This document shows, in pieces, positions 28,035 to 37,496 of a stretch of DNA of 64,000 nt. Origin of the DNA: an uncultured Gammaproteobacteria bacterium. GTDB lineage: Bacteria > Patescibacteriota > Microgenomatia > Levybacterales > GWA1-39-11. A program made the translations under genes and the position numbers. The notes beneath the pieces were generated by a model. That model was not told where the DNA came from, did not search any database, and was given only the letters and a program-made list of their open reading frames with translations. Each line of letters begins with the position of its first letter. Positions within the stretch are counted from its first letter, which is position 1. Location of the stretch: positions 140,110 through 204,109 of the forward strand of contig CAYVKP010000001.1 in assembly GCA_964452165.1 (NCBI GenBank). The letters are read 5' to 3'.

Positions 28035-29471
28035 TTACAGGAGAAACAACAAAGCGCTTCCTGCCAAAATCAAAACAGCTGAAATAACAGTAAGTGCTAT
28101 CGAAGAATTGCTTCCTGTTGGAGGTGGAGTTACAACGACGGGTTTTTCAGTTGGAATGGCGGTAGGAATCATCGTCGCCGTCGGCACAATTGTTGGAGTT
28201 GCCGTAAGAATTGGTGTAGAGCTTGCTGTAGGCGTTGTTGTTATGGTTGGCGTTATGCTTGTTACAGTCGTGGTGGGAGTGATAGTCACGCCGGTCGGCA
28301 CAATTGTTGGAGTTGCCGTCGGGGCGATAGTAGGAGTAGCTGTTACGATTGGTGTTGCTGATGGTGTTGCTGATTGGGCTACTTGAGATCCGGCTGAAAA
28401 AACCGTAAAGCTGGCAGCAAGCGATTTAGTTATACCCGTCTTATCAACTGTCTGAATAGTTATTTTATGTTGACCCGAGGGAATGGCTGATGTCGGACGA
28501 TACGACCAAATACCATTGTTATCGGATTTCACAATGATGCTGGGAGGAGCTCCTTGGATAACTATTTTAACGTTTTGATTTGGTAAAGCCGTACCTCTAA
28601 ATAAAGGTTGTGCATCAATAAAAGACTCCGAAGGTTTTGGGCTCAATATACTAATTGCTCCGCCTACCTGTTTGATAATAGGAGCTTTAAGCTGAGAAGA
28701 AGTATTGTTTGTTTCGACTTGCTGGCTTACATTTGTAAAATCGTAGTTTGTCTCAAGAGTAATTGGTGGTATTGAAGCAGCATTTTTGAATAAAACCTTC
28801 AGCCCGGTTTTCATATCCGCTCTCGCCACAGTTAGTGATATTTCGCTGTCTTGTGGGATTGTGAAATATTTATCCAGGGTTGAGGTTCTGATTGAATTAG
28901 TCGGGATTATAAAATCTCCTGTACTTTTTGTAAGCGTAGTTATATTCTGTGCTCCCGCAAGGTGGAGCTCAACAATGGTATCAGCAGAAGATCCTCCCTG
29001 AGGAAGTAAAATTTTCCCGACGATTGGGTTTTGAGTTGGGGGGGGAGATGTAATTTTATCCCCCGTCGTTACAGTATATTTATCTCCATTGTTAAGAAAT
29101 GTTTGTCCATCAGAGAGAACAGAAAATCTATAGTTAGTTTTTGGGGAAAGATCAGAAACGGTTATATAGTGTGAGAAAAATGGACTTTGTTCTCCACCTG
29201 ATTTATTTCTTTGGTCATATGCAACAAATGGGGCTCCCGCTCCTTCAACTGAGACCCCTGCTACGGTTTGGGAGGTGGTTGTGAAGTTGACAGTGAATGA
29301 GTTCTCGGTAACATTTGAGATAACTACGTTTTGAGGAGTTTTATCGGGAGACGCGCGGCTGACAAAAATTACGCCTTTCTGAATAAAAAATGACGTAACC
29401 CAAATTGCTAGAAAAAGGAAGATGAGCGCAGCACCCGTAGGGATTCTATGATTCCATAATCTTTTCTCCAT
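28035..29471 (-). CDS. Cell-surface protein: FN3/Ig-like domains, Thr/Pro-rich stalk, PPTG + TM C-terminus
   Basis: N-terminal TM, FN3-like (ISNVT..HYITVSDLSPKTNYRF), Ig-like (GIWSY), PT repeats, PPPTGS + hydrophobic tail. Confidence 0.8.
   Translation of the reverse strand: MEKRLWNHRIPTGAALIFLFLAIWVTSFFIQKGVIFVSRASPDKTPQNVVISNVTENSFTVNFTTTSQTVAGVSVEGAGAPFVAYDQRNKSGGEQSPFFSHYITVSDLSPKTNYRFSVLSDGQTFLNNGDKYTVTTGDKITSPPPTQNPIVGKILLPQGGSSADTIVELHLAGAQNITTLTKSTGDFIIPTNSIRTSTLDKYFTIPQDSEISLTVARADMKTGLKVLFKNAASIPPITLETNYDFTNVSQQVETNNTSSQLKAPIIKQVGGAISILSPKPSESFIDAQPLFRGTALPNQNVKIVIQGAPPSIIVKSDNNGIWSYRPTSAIPSGQHKITIQTVDKTGITKSLAASFTVFSAGSQVAQSATPSATPIVTATPTIAPTATPTIVPTGVTITPTTTVTSITPTITTTPTASSTPILTATPTIVPTATMIPTAIPTEKPVVVTPPPTGSNSSIALTVISAVLILAGSALLFLL
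28180..28319. repeat. 26-bp exact direct repeat within the Thr/Pro stalk
   Basis: GTCGGCACAATTGTTGGAGTTGCCGT at 28180-28205 and 28294-28319 (encodes TATPTIVPT). Confidence 0.85.
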
Positions 29472-29473
29472 AT

Positions 29474-29794
29474 TTATAAATTCGTAATTTGCCCAGCGTC
29501 ACTCGCGGATCCGGCGGATCCGGTTGCTGGAGTTATTTTTGTTTCTCCGGGAGTTATTGAAATATTAACTCGATCTTTGCTCAAATCTACTTCAACTTGA
29601 TTTTTTTCCTTCAATTTATCAAGTGTCTGGGTATCAAATTTTGCAGGAATCGGAGTTATCCCGATACTCGTGTCCTGTGTTATCGTTGAGGTTGTATAGC
29701 TATGGTAAACCGAGAAAATTATCCACGATACAACGACAACTGTAGTCAAAGCAACAATATATAGTAGTCCCTTTATCATGTTATTTTTTTGCAA
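29474..29794 (-). CDS. Small single-TM protein downstream of pilO (PilP position)
   Basis: One TM; overlaps the end of pilO. Confidence 0.65.
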   Translation of the reverse strand: MQKNNMIKGLLYIVALTTVVVVSWIIFSVYHSYTTSTITQDTSIGITPIPAKFDTQTLDKLKEKNQVEVDLSKDRVNISITPGETKITPATGSAGSASDAGQITNL

Positions 29795-30392
29795 AATACG
29801 CGCGCCCCGTTATTTGCGCCGTGTATTTTTTCTCATCATTCTGACCGGTTGCAACGCGATCTATGCCGATTATTCTATCAAAGTTAATAAGACTTGCCAT
29901 AAAATTATTAACCGTTATTTGGTCACCTTGAACGCTTACAGTAAATGCGAAAGAGTATATGTTTCCATTTTTAATGTTGGGATAAATTTCTACGTTTCCC
30001 ACTGTTAATTTCGTCAGTGTTACATCGCTATCGCTTGCAATATCTTCTATTTGTCGAGTTAATTTTGGTATCTTGGTAGTTTGAGGTATCGCATTGTAAG
30101 CTCCATCAATATCACTTTTTAGATCTTTATATTGTTCGTCAAGGGAAGCAAGATCTAAAAGTTTTTTATTCAAACCATCTAGGATCAATTTATTGTCATC
30201 GTATTGTTTATTGAGATTTGAAATTGTTGATAACGTTGGGCTAATTGCAAAGAGACCAAAGAATGATACGGTTATGAGTGTCAATACAATATAGACATAA
30301 CCAACAACTTGTTTTCTTTGTTTGTCGTTAATAGTAACGAATTCTTTTTGAAAATATTTTTTGAAAATTCCGGTTATGCCTGATAACTTCAT
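29781..30392 (-). CDS. pilO: Type IV pilus assembly protein PilO-like
   Basis: TM, coiled coil, AIP, ferredoxin-like C-domain (FMASLINFDRIIGID). Confidence 0.8.
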   Translation of the reverse strand: MKLSGITGIFKKYFQKEFVTINDKQRKQVVGYVYIVLTLITVSFFGLFAISPTLSTISNLNKQYDDNKLILDGLNKKLLDLASLDEQYKDLKSDIDGAYNAIPQTTKIPKLTRQIEDIASDSDVTLTKLTVGNVEIYPNIKNGNIYSFAFTVSVQGDQITVNNFMASLINFDRIIGIDRVATGQNDEKKYTAQITGRAYFAKK

Positions 30393-30934
30393 TATTTTTG
30401 CTCCTTCAACTCTATAGTCATCTTAAATTGAATTCCAAGACTCGTGCTTGAGACATCATCAAGGCTTATAGAAGTTATATTGGGATTTTGTTTTAAGCTT
30501 TCTACGAAATCATTAATTGGGAACACGGAAAATGCAACACCATTTATACTTATAGAGTTCTCATTGACCGTGAGATTGGTTGAAGAAAATGAACCGGTTG
30601 AAATAGATGTTAGTATTTGGTTCATTATTGAAATCTTGTTTTGTGTCTGTTGGTCAATTTTTTTGGCGTTTGTAAGTCTTGCCTGTATGCTTCTGTAATC
30701 GGCTTCTTTTGCGGCTTGTGCCTGGACAAAAAGATTCCTTGTTTTTATCTGGTCGTGAAGATCAATAATTTTTCTATCTAAGGAAAATCTGTAAACGAGT
30801 GCGCCAACAGCAATAAGTTCGGTTACGACAATTATTATCCTACCAAGATTCTTCGCCCATTTTAGAATATCTTCCTGTAGGGATCCTTCTTGCTTACCAC
30901 TAAGATTAATTCTCACGTGTGGAGAGTTAGCCAT
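30392..30934 (-). CDS. pilN: Type IV pilus assembly protein PilN-like
   Basis: INL N-terminal motif, TM, coiled coil, ISINGVA..FVESLK. Confidence 0.78.
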   Translation of the reverse strand: MANSPHVRINLSGKQEGSLQEDILKWAKNLGRIIIVVTELIAVGALVYRFSLDRKIIDLHDQIKTRNLFVQAQAAKEADYRSIQARLTNAKKIDQQTQNKISIMNQILTSISTGSFSSTNLTVNENSISINGVAFSVFPINDFVESLKQNPNITSISLDDVSSTSLGIQFKMTIELKEQK

Positions 30935-31007
30935 GAATTTAGTTTAGAGAGTTTATACCGTTTTGTCAAAGCAAAAATAGGCTTAGATTCGAAGTCTCTT
31001 CAGGGGA

Positions 31008-31337
31008 TTATTTTTTGGCTGGTTTTGCTGATTTTTTAGCTTGAGGTTTTGTCGTTTTTACTCCCTGAATTTTCGCAGGAGATTTGGCCGGTGATTTTCC
31101 CGCTGGCTTTGATAATTTTGACAAAGATGATTTAATTCTTGCAGCACGATTTTGGTGCATAACACCTTTTTTTACGGCTTTATCCACAGATGAGATAGCG
31201 GCGGTGACTGCCTTTGCGCTTTTTTGTTTTTTTGCAGCACGCAGAGCATTATCAAGTTGTTTTCGGAAATCATCGTTTCTTTTTGTACGATTTTTATCCT
31301 TTCGCAACTTCTTAATTGCTGATTTTATAACTGGCAT
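31008..31337 (-). CDS. rpsT: 30S ribosomal protein S20 with Lys/Pro/Ala-rich tail
   Basis: MPVIKSAIKKLR, VDKAVKKGVMHQNRAARIKS. Confidence 0.96.
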   Translation of the reverse strand: MPVIKSAIKKLRKDKNRTKRNDDFRKQLDNALRAAKKQKSAKAVTAAISSVDKAVKKGVMHQNRAARIKSSLSKLSKPAGKSPAKSPAKIQGVKTTKPQAKKSAKPAKK

Positions 31338-31378
31338 GGGGGAATTTTAGCATGTTATACTAGAAAAAACAATAAAAT

Positions 31379-33034
31379 ATGGTTCGAGATATTCTCAAAA
31401 AAGGCATCGGAGCATTCGTCTCACGACAGACAAATATTTTCACGGCGGCAACTTTTATAATACTCACGACCATTTTATCCCAAATCCTCGGAGTCTTAAA
31501 ATACAGGCTTTTAGTCTCGCTTTTTGGAGCATCAAGCGACCTTGGAGTATTCTTGGCGGCCTTTAGAATTCCCGATTTTATTTTCCAAGTTGTTATAGCG
31601 GGAGCCTTATCTGCATCTTTCATTCCGATTTTTACCGAGTATTTGACGAAAAATAAAAAAAAGGAAGCCTTTGAATTTTCATCGGCGCTTACCACAATTG
31701 GCTTGATATTTTTTATCGTTGTTTCAGCGATAATAATCGTTTTTTCATATCAATTATCATCTCTCATCGCTCCAGGATTTTCCCACAGGGAGTTGGTTTT
31801 GATGTCAAATCTTATGATAATAATACAACTGGCACAGGTATTTTTTATTCTCGGGACGGTTTTTACCGCTGTTCTTCAATCTTTGCAGCATTTTTTAATT
31901 CCCGGAATTGCCACTGCTTTTTACAACTTTGGAATAATTCTAGGACTCATAATTTTTTCTCACTTCCTTGGATTTGGGATATATGGTGGAACCTTAGGAG
32001 TTGTAATAGGATCTCTTCTCTTCTGCGTAGTTCAGATCCCTCTTCTTTTTTCAGCAGGGTTTAAGTTTGTGGCGTCATTTAATTTGAAAAACGGGGTATA
32101 TAAGCTTTTTACTCTAATGGTTCCGCGTTCAATAACACTAATCGTTTCTCAGGTTTCCGCAACGGCAAATGTTTTTTTCGCTTCTTTTATCTCCGCCCGC
32201 TCTCTGGTCGTTTTTGATCTTGCTCAAACCCTTGCCATGGCACCGGTTTTGCTTATTGGTCAGTCAATTGCCCAGGCATCTTTTCCTGCGTTGTCAATGA
32301 AACAAGGGGATGAGCGCGAATTTGTGGCAATTTTTAAGACTTCTTTTAATCAGATTGTCTATTTAACTCTCCCACTTGCGGCAATCTTAATTGTTCTGAG
32401 AATTCCATTGGTCCGCTTATTTTACGGAGCATCGCGTTTTGATTGGAATGCAACCGTTGAAACAGGCCTAACGCTGGCTTTATTTTCAATCTCAATTGTT
32501 GCAAACGGACTTACCTATCTTCTTTATCGCGCATTTTATGCATACCGAGATTCAAAAACTCCACTGTATGTTGCAATAGGAACCGTGATTCTTAATATTT
32601 TATTCTCATACATCTTTGTGCTAGTTTATCATTTTCCAATTTACTCACTTGCTTTTTCGTTCTCGATTACGTCAATTCTCGGGGTCATTATCTTGACGTG
32701 GCTTCTTAATAAAAAAGTTAATCTTCCAAAATTTGACCTTGCACTAAGTTTCACAAAAATATTTATTTCAACAATTGTTATGGGAGTAGCGCTTTACGTT
32801 CCCATAAAACTTCTGGATCAGCTCGTTTTTGATACCACAAGAACATTTAACCTTTTGGTTTTGACAAGTATTGCATCTTTGTTTGGACTTGTTGCCTATC
32901 TTTTCCTGACGTGGCTTTTTGATATTCAGGAGGCGTATTATGTTATGGAAGTTCTTAAGAAGTTTAAATCACGCCAAAAAATCCTTGCGCAAATAGAAGA
33001 AATTTTTGACGGTGGGCCAAAACTCAATCCTTAA
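31379..33034 (+). CDS. murJ: Lipid II flippase MurJ/MviN
   Basis: AAFRIPD, GALSASFIP, RAFYA..DSKTP; about 14 TMs. Confidence 0.93.
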   Translation: MVRDILKKGIGAFVSRQTNIFTAATFIILTTILSQILGVLKYRLLVSLFGASSDLGVFLAAFRIPDFIFQVVIAGALSASFIPIFTEYLTKNKKKEAFEFSSALTTIGLIFFIVVSAIIIVFSYQLSSLIAPGFSHRELVLMSNLMIIIQLAQVFFILGTVFTAVLQSLQHFLIPGIATAFYNFGIILGLIIFSHFLGFGIYGGTLGVVIGSLLFCVVQIPLLFSAGFKFVASFNLKNGVYKLFTLMVPRSITLIVSQVSATANVFFASFISARSLVVFDLAQTLAMAPVLLIGQSIAQASFPALSMKQGDEREFVAIFKTSFNQIVYLTLPLAAILIVLRIPLVRLFYGASRFDWNATVETGLTLALFSISIVANGLTYLLYRAFYAYRDSKTPLYVAIGTVILNILFSYIFVLVYHFPIYSLAFSFSITSILGVIILTWLLNKKVNLPKFDLALSFTKIFISTIVMGVALYVPIKLLDQLVFDTTRTFNLLVLTSIASLFGLVAYLFLTWLFDIQEAYYVMEVLKKFKSRQKILAQIEEIFDGGPKLNP

Positions 33035-33043
33035 CTCAGTCTA

Positions 33044-34144
33044 ATGGCAGGCAGAAAAATAACTTACGGAAATGTAGGGGAAAACTACGAAAAAAAAGAC
33101 CCCATTAAAAAACTGGCTCAAACCCAAGCAACTCTTACTTCAAAAAACCTTTATCCATTCAAAGAACTATCAGGAACGCGGGGAGAATCTGCGTATGTTT
33201 GGAAACAAGGAAATATTTATATGGCGTCAGTTGTTGAAGGACTTGGAACAAAGAATTTAGTAGCCGATGAGATGGATAGATTGACTGGAAAGGATTACTA
33301 CGAAAACATAGCCCATGACACTGTGGCAACCATAGTAAATGACTTGGTTACAACCGGAGCAAAGCCTCTTGTATTGCATGCTTTTTGGGCGGTAGGAGAT
33401 GTTGAATGGATAGGTAATGAGAAAAGAATTAAAAATTTAATAGCTGGTTGGAAAAAGGCTTGCGACGTCTCAATGGTTTCCTGGGGAGGAGGAGAATCTG
33501 CAACGTCAAGAAAGTTAGTATATCCAAATGCCATCGTGCTAGGAGGGTCATGCGTTGGAATAATAGGGAGCGGGAAAAGATTGGTATCTGAAAAAAAATT
33601 AAAAGCAGGAGACGCGATCATTCTCTTGAAAAGTACAGGACCGAATGCTAATGGTATCTCGCTAATTCGTGCAGTTTCTAAAAAGCTTAAGAAAGGCTAT
33701 TTAACAAAACTTAAAGATGGGCGAACTTTTGGAGATGCGGTTTTGGCCAAAACTAACATCTATGCAAAACTTATTAAGGATCTCCTGGAACTAAAGGTTG
33801 ATGTCCATTATGTATCTAACATAACCGGGCATGGATTTAGAAAAATCATGCGCGCAAATAAAGACTTTAGATATGTAATTGAAAAAATTCCCGAGAAACA
33901 GGAAATATACGATTTGATACAGGCAAGTGCCAACTTATCTGATAAGGAAATGTACGGAACTTTTAATATGGGGGCGGATTTCGCGATTTTTGTTCCGCAA
34001 AAAGATGTTAAAAAAACACTTGCCATTATTCGCAAAAATAAATACGAGGGAATAGATGCTGGAGTTGTTGAAAAAGGGAAAAGACAGGTTGTGATAAAGG
34101 CCAAGAATATTGTGTATGCAGGTGACTCTTTGAATTTAAGATAA
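33044..34144 (+). CDS. purM: Phosphoribosylformylglycinamidine cyclo-ligase (AIR synthase), divergent
   Basis: EGLGTK, VNDL, GGESA, NITGHG, EMYGTFNMG. Confidence 0.9.
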   Translation: MAGRKITYGNVGENYEKKDPIKKLAQTQATLTSKNLYPFKELSGTRGESAYVWKQGNIYMASVVEGLGTKNLVADEMDRLTGKDYYENIAHDTVATIVNDLVTTGAKPLVLHAFWAVGDVEWIGNEKRIKNLIAGWKKACDVSMVSWGGGESATSRKLVYPNAIVLGGSCVGIIGSGKRLVSEKKLKAGDAIILLKSTGPNANGISLIRAVSKKLKKGYLTKLKDGRTFGDAVLAKTNIYAKLIKDLLELKVDVHYVSNITGHGFRKIMRANKDFRYVIEKIPEKQEIYDLIQASANLSDKEMYGTFNMGADFAIFVPQKDVKKTLAIIRKNKYEGIDAGVVEKGKRQVVIKAKNIVYAGDSLNLR

Positions 34145-34843
34145 ATGGTTCGAGAAAGAACAATAACAGCAGAACAGGGAGAAATTCCCAGAAATTTTAA
34201 AATTGCCGTTATGGTTAACCCCGGAAGCTCTGCTTCAAATCTGGGCGCAATTCTCGATGCTCAAAAAGATCCTGATTTTTATGGGCGAGTTGGACTTGTA
34301 GTTGCATCATCAATTGACGCACAGGGTTTACAAATAGCAAGAGATCGGGGGATTACTGCCCTAACTTTGCCATATGATAAACCGGAAAGTATGACGGGTC
34401 AAGAGTATAGAAAAATATATAGCTCACGCGCTGGACAAATTATGAAAGCAGCAAATGTGGATTTGGCTGTAATGGTTGGGTTTGACAGAATCCTAACGCA
34501 GGAATATTTTGACGAGTTCGGAGGCCCGACCACCAATACTCATCCGGGCGCAGTACCTGATGAAATAGATAAGCCTTATTTTTTTGAGGACGGAACGGAG
34601 GCGCCGTGGAATAGAAGAATGCAAGGAACAGCAGCTGTTGCCAATTTTCTACCACTCAAATACGCGACGTCAACAATTCATATCGCAACGGTGGTTGCTG
34701 ATTTCGGCCCTATCTTAAAAAGAGTTTTTGCAGAAGTTATCCCGGGTGATACGGAAGATACTTTGTATGAAAGATTAAAAAAGGCTGAGCACGAAGGAAT
34801 AATTGAAGTCCTAAAAAACCCACCAATAACAAACCGTACTTGA
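34145..34843 (+). CDS. purN: Phosphoribosylglycinamide formyltransferase-like
   Basis: SNLGAILD, GFDRIL, NTHP, STIH..DFGPI, DTEDTLYERLKKAEH; adjacent to purM. Confidence 0.82.
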   Translation: MVRERTITAEQGEIPRNFKIAVMVNPGSSASNLGAILDAQKDPDFYGRVGLVVASSIDAQGLQIARDRGITALTLPYDKPESMTGQEYRKIYSSRAGQIMKAANVDLAVMVGFDRILTQEYFDEFGGPTTNTHPGAVPDEIDKPYFFEDGTEAPWNRRMQGTAAVANFLPLKYATSTIHIATVVADFGPILKRVFAEVIPGDTEDTLYERLKKAEHEGIIEVLKNPPITNRT

Positions 34844-34873
34844 TTTTAAAAAAATCAATTGTAGAATTGCGTT

Positions 34874-35452
34874 ATGGTAAGACAACCCATGGGATCATTC
34901 CGAAGAGTTCTTCAATTGGCAGGTAGAGTTGCCAATGAGTCGGAAGGAAGACCTTTTGAAATTCAAAAATCTTTTACAGCCGTTGATCTAGGATTTGCGT
35001 TGGGGATGGACATCATGAGGATTGCCGATACAACAAAAAGAAATGCTGAGGCTCATTCTCTTGATATGGACTTGACAGGATTTAATGTCAGCCCACATTG
35101 CAATAGAGACATTCATGATAGGTTGAAGACTGTGGGTATGTTTTTGCCCGAAGCTTTCAACGCCGGATATACGGGATATGTTTTGCGGGAGAAAAGTGGA
35201 AGCGTTATTAGAGAAGCTGCCGCTTTGGTTTATAAAGATGGCAGCTTAGCTGCTCAACTTAGCGGCCTCTTAGAAGCGGATCGCAATAGAACTATATCAG
35301 AGCGAATGGATATGAGCAGAGCCTTGATAAGAGGAATGGGAGATGAAGCAGTACGAATAACTTTAGAAAGAGGGAATGTTGTTGAAGAGCAAATTCCTAA
35401 GCATATTCGCGAAGGAGAACAATATAAACCCAGTACAAAAGAAAGAGAATAG
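34874..35452 (+). CDS. Hypothetical protein (orphan)
   Basis: 192-aa ORF, ATG 6 nt after TAGAAT. Confidence 0.7.
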   Translation: MVRQPMGSFRRVLQLAGRVANESEGRPFEIQKSFTAVDLGFALGMDIMRIADTTKRNAEAHSLDMDLTGFNVSPHCNRDIHDRLKTVGMFLPEAFNAGYTGYVLREKSGSVIREAAALVYKDGSLAAQLSGLLEADRNRTISERMDMSRALIRGMGDEAVRITLERGNVVEEQIPKHIREGEQYKPSTKERE

Positions 35453-35479
35453 TCTTCGGATTCTGATATAATTCTCCTC

Positions 35480-36223
35480 ATGAACAGCCTAGAATCTCCT
35501 CCTGCAGGATCCTTTTGGAGAATGGCAGGCGATGAGTCCCGAAAGGATTTTGAAAGCCTAAGACCAACAGATTGGTGGATAGTAACAGGCGGCCCCTCAA
35601 CGGGTAAAACTACACTTTTGGATTTTCTAGCTCAGCAAGGTTTTAAAACGATGCCTGAGGCCGCAAGAGTTTACATAGATCAAGAAATTGATAAGGGTAG
35701 AACCATTGAGCAAATTAGGTCAAGTGAACGAAATTTCCAGGAGGAAGTTTTGGGTATGAAATATAGAGCTGAGGATCAAGCGCCTGAAAGTGAATTAATT
35801 TTGTGGGACAGGGGAGCCGATGGAGATTCTATCGCCTACATTAAAACGAAAAAGATCATGATGACAGAACGATCTTATCAAAATTATGACCATCATCTGG
35901 GTGAAGGTGGAATAATGGTTGTATTCAAGCGGCGTTATAAAGGAGTTTTCCTATTGGATAGATTATCTTCTTACGAAACTGATTATGCGAGGGTTGAGAA
36001 TGAAGGAAGGGCAGCAGAAATTCAGGAAGATCTCCGTGAAGCATACGGAATGATAGGATACCAACCTATAAAAGTGCCCGTTTTTTCTTCTAACCCTTTG
36101 GTATCAGTCGAGGCCCGAGCGCAGTTTATCGTAGATCATATGAGAAGCGTTGATCCGAATGTTCCCCAGTTAAGACTAAATCCCAACCGCCCCCAACAAC
36201 CTGGATTACCGATTAAATTTTAG
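35480..36223 (+). CDS. AAA_28/NadR-like P-loop kinase
   Basis: VTGGPSTGKTT, PEAAR, LWDRG..D..AY, D.AR.E. Confidence 0.85.
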   Translation: MNSLESPPAGSFWRMAGDESRKDFESLRPTDWWIVTGGPSTGKTTLLDFLAQQGFKTMPEAARVYIDQEIDKGRTIEQIRSSERNFQEEVLGMKYRAEDQAPESELILWDRGADGDSIAYIKTKKIMMTERSYQNYDHHLGEGGIMVVFKRRYKGVFLLDRLSSYETDYARVENEGRAAEIQEDLREAYGMIGYQPIKVPVFSSNPLVSVEARAQFIVDHMRSVDPNVPQLRLNPNRPQQPGLPIKF

Positions 36224-37416
36224 TCTGTTCTAAAAGTACCCTCTACAAGTCTTTTGACTAAAACTTTTCTTAAATATTTTTGAACTTCCTGGTGGTTGTC
36301 TGGATGCTCAACTCTTTGTCTGATTTCAATTTCACTTACTCCCAGCCCAGCAGCAGAAAGAGTAGGAAACATATTTGCTTCAAGAAAGCGGTCTTGAAGT
36401 TCCGCGTTAAAAACAAAATCTGCTCCTGTCCATGGTGAAGCACATTTCATAGCCACGCCCATAACAGAAGCTTTCGGAATAAGCACTTCAGGTATTTGCG
36501 GATTGTCAGGATCTATTCCATGAGCAGCGGCAACTTCACGATTGATAGGATCTTCAATTCTCTTCCCATTTAATTGAATTGGAATCCCACCTTGGGCGGT
36601 ATTAGAGACAATATATGGAGCATCTTTATAAAAAATGCTGTTGGGATTATAGAAATGTTGATAAGTTGAATCGCTGTTCATATGAAACCTTGGATCATGG
36701 ATTCTTCTAACTCCTTTCTCCTGAGCAGAACGAATGAGAGTACCATAATGAATCTTGCCGTATCCATCAGCCATAATTCTGAAAGACGTGTAATAGTTGC
36801 TTGGTGTTTCAATATAATCTTCAAATCTCCATCCAGTGTCGGGTTCCATTTGAGAGAATCCTTCCCAATCCCAAATGTTACGTTCAATTGCTTCTTTTGC
36901 AGCTAGAATTTTCAACCTTCTCAGGGCAATTTCTGTGCGGTTATTATCTTCAGGGGGAGAAAAAGTAAATTTCCAAGCTATAAACTTTGCGATAGCTTCT
37001 TTATCTTCAAGATAAAGAATAGACTCTCCGCGATCCTCTCTTACATCTTTTGCAACAATTGGGCCAGTATGAGTCAAAAGTTCTTTAAATGAGTATCCTT
37101 GTGGTCTTTCAACTCCAGGCATGGAGCTAAGTATTTCTTCTCTTACAACTTCATTGAATAATTCCTCTCTGGCAAGATAGCCCAAGTCCTGAACACGAGG
37201 TTCGATGGGTTTATTGGGAGCAAGCTGAACTACTTTGAAACCATTTTGTTCAAATTCATCCAAGACATCAACGTCCCAATCATATTTTCTAATATCATTC
37301 CGTGAAATCCCTATATATAAAATGGGGCTATATGCCTTGACGACCTCAGTAGTTGTTGGAATTCTTTGCCCATCTCTTTCTTTTCCTCCTGGAAGAAGTC
37401 TTCTGATAAATGCCAT
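36220..37416 (-). CDS. Divergent RimK-like ATP-grasp protein
   Basis: PIVAK..DRGE, FEDYIE, SFRI, SNTAQGG, GADFV..FLEANMFP; ATG 37416 lies 6 nt after TATAAT. Confidence 0.75.
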   Translation of the reverse strand: MAFIRRLLPGGKERDGQRIPTTTEVVKAYSPILYIGISRNDIRKYDWDVDVLDEFEQNGFKVVQLAPNKPIEPRVQDLGYLAREELFNEVVREEILSSMPGVERPQGYSFKELLTHTGPIVAKDVREDRGESILYLEDKEAIAKFIAWKFTFSPPEDNNRTEIALRRLKILAAKEAIERNIWDWEGFSQMEPDTGWRFEDYIETPSNYYTSFRIMADGYGKIHYGTLIRSAQEKGVRRIHDPRFHMNSDSTYQHFYNPNSIFYKDAPYIVSNTAQGGIPIQLNGKRIEDPINREVAAAHGIDPDNPQIPEVLIPKASVMGVAMKCASPWTGADFVFNAELQDRFLEANMFPTLSAAGLGVSEIEIRQRVEHPDNHQEVQKYLRKVLVKRLVEGTFRTD

Positions 37417-37496
37417 GGGCGGATTATACAAAATTTTAGGTTCAAAAACAAACTACAGGATATAAATTAAGCTTAGGTATCTGATATAATCTCTTG

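Noticed and set aside
27895-28386. 163-aa plus-strand ORF with VGVAVG repeats
   Set aside because: Antisense shadow of the Thr/Pro stalk codons of the surface protein
28140-28390. Repetitive DNA resembling an array
   Set aside because: Coding PT repeats; no constant repeat-spacer period and no cas genes, so not CRISPR
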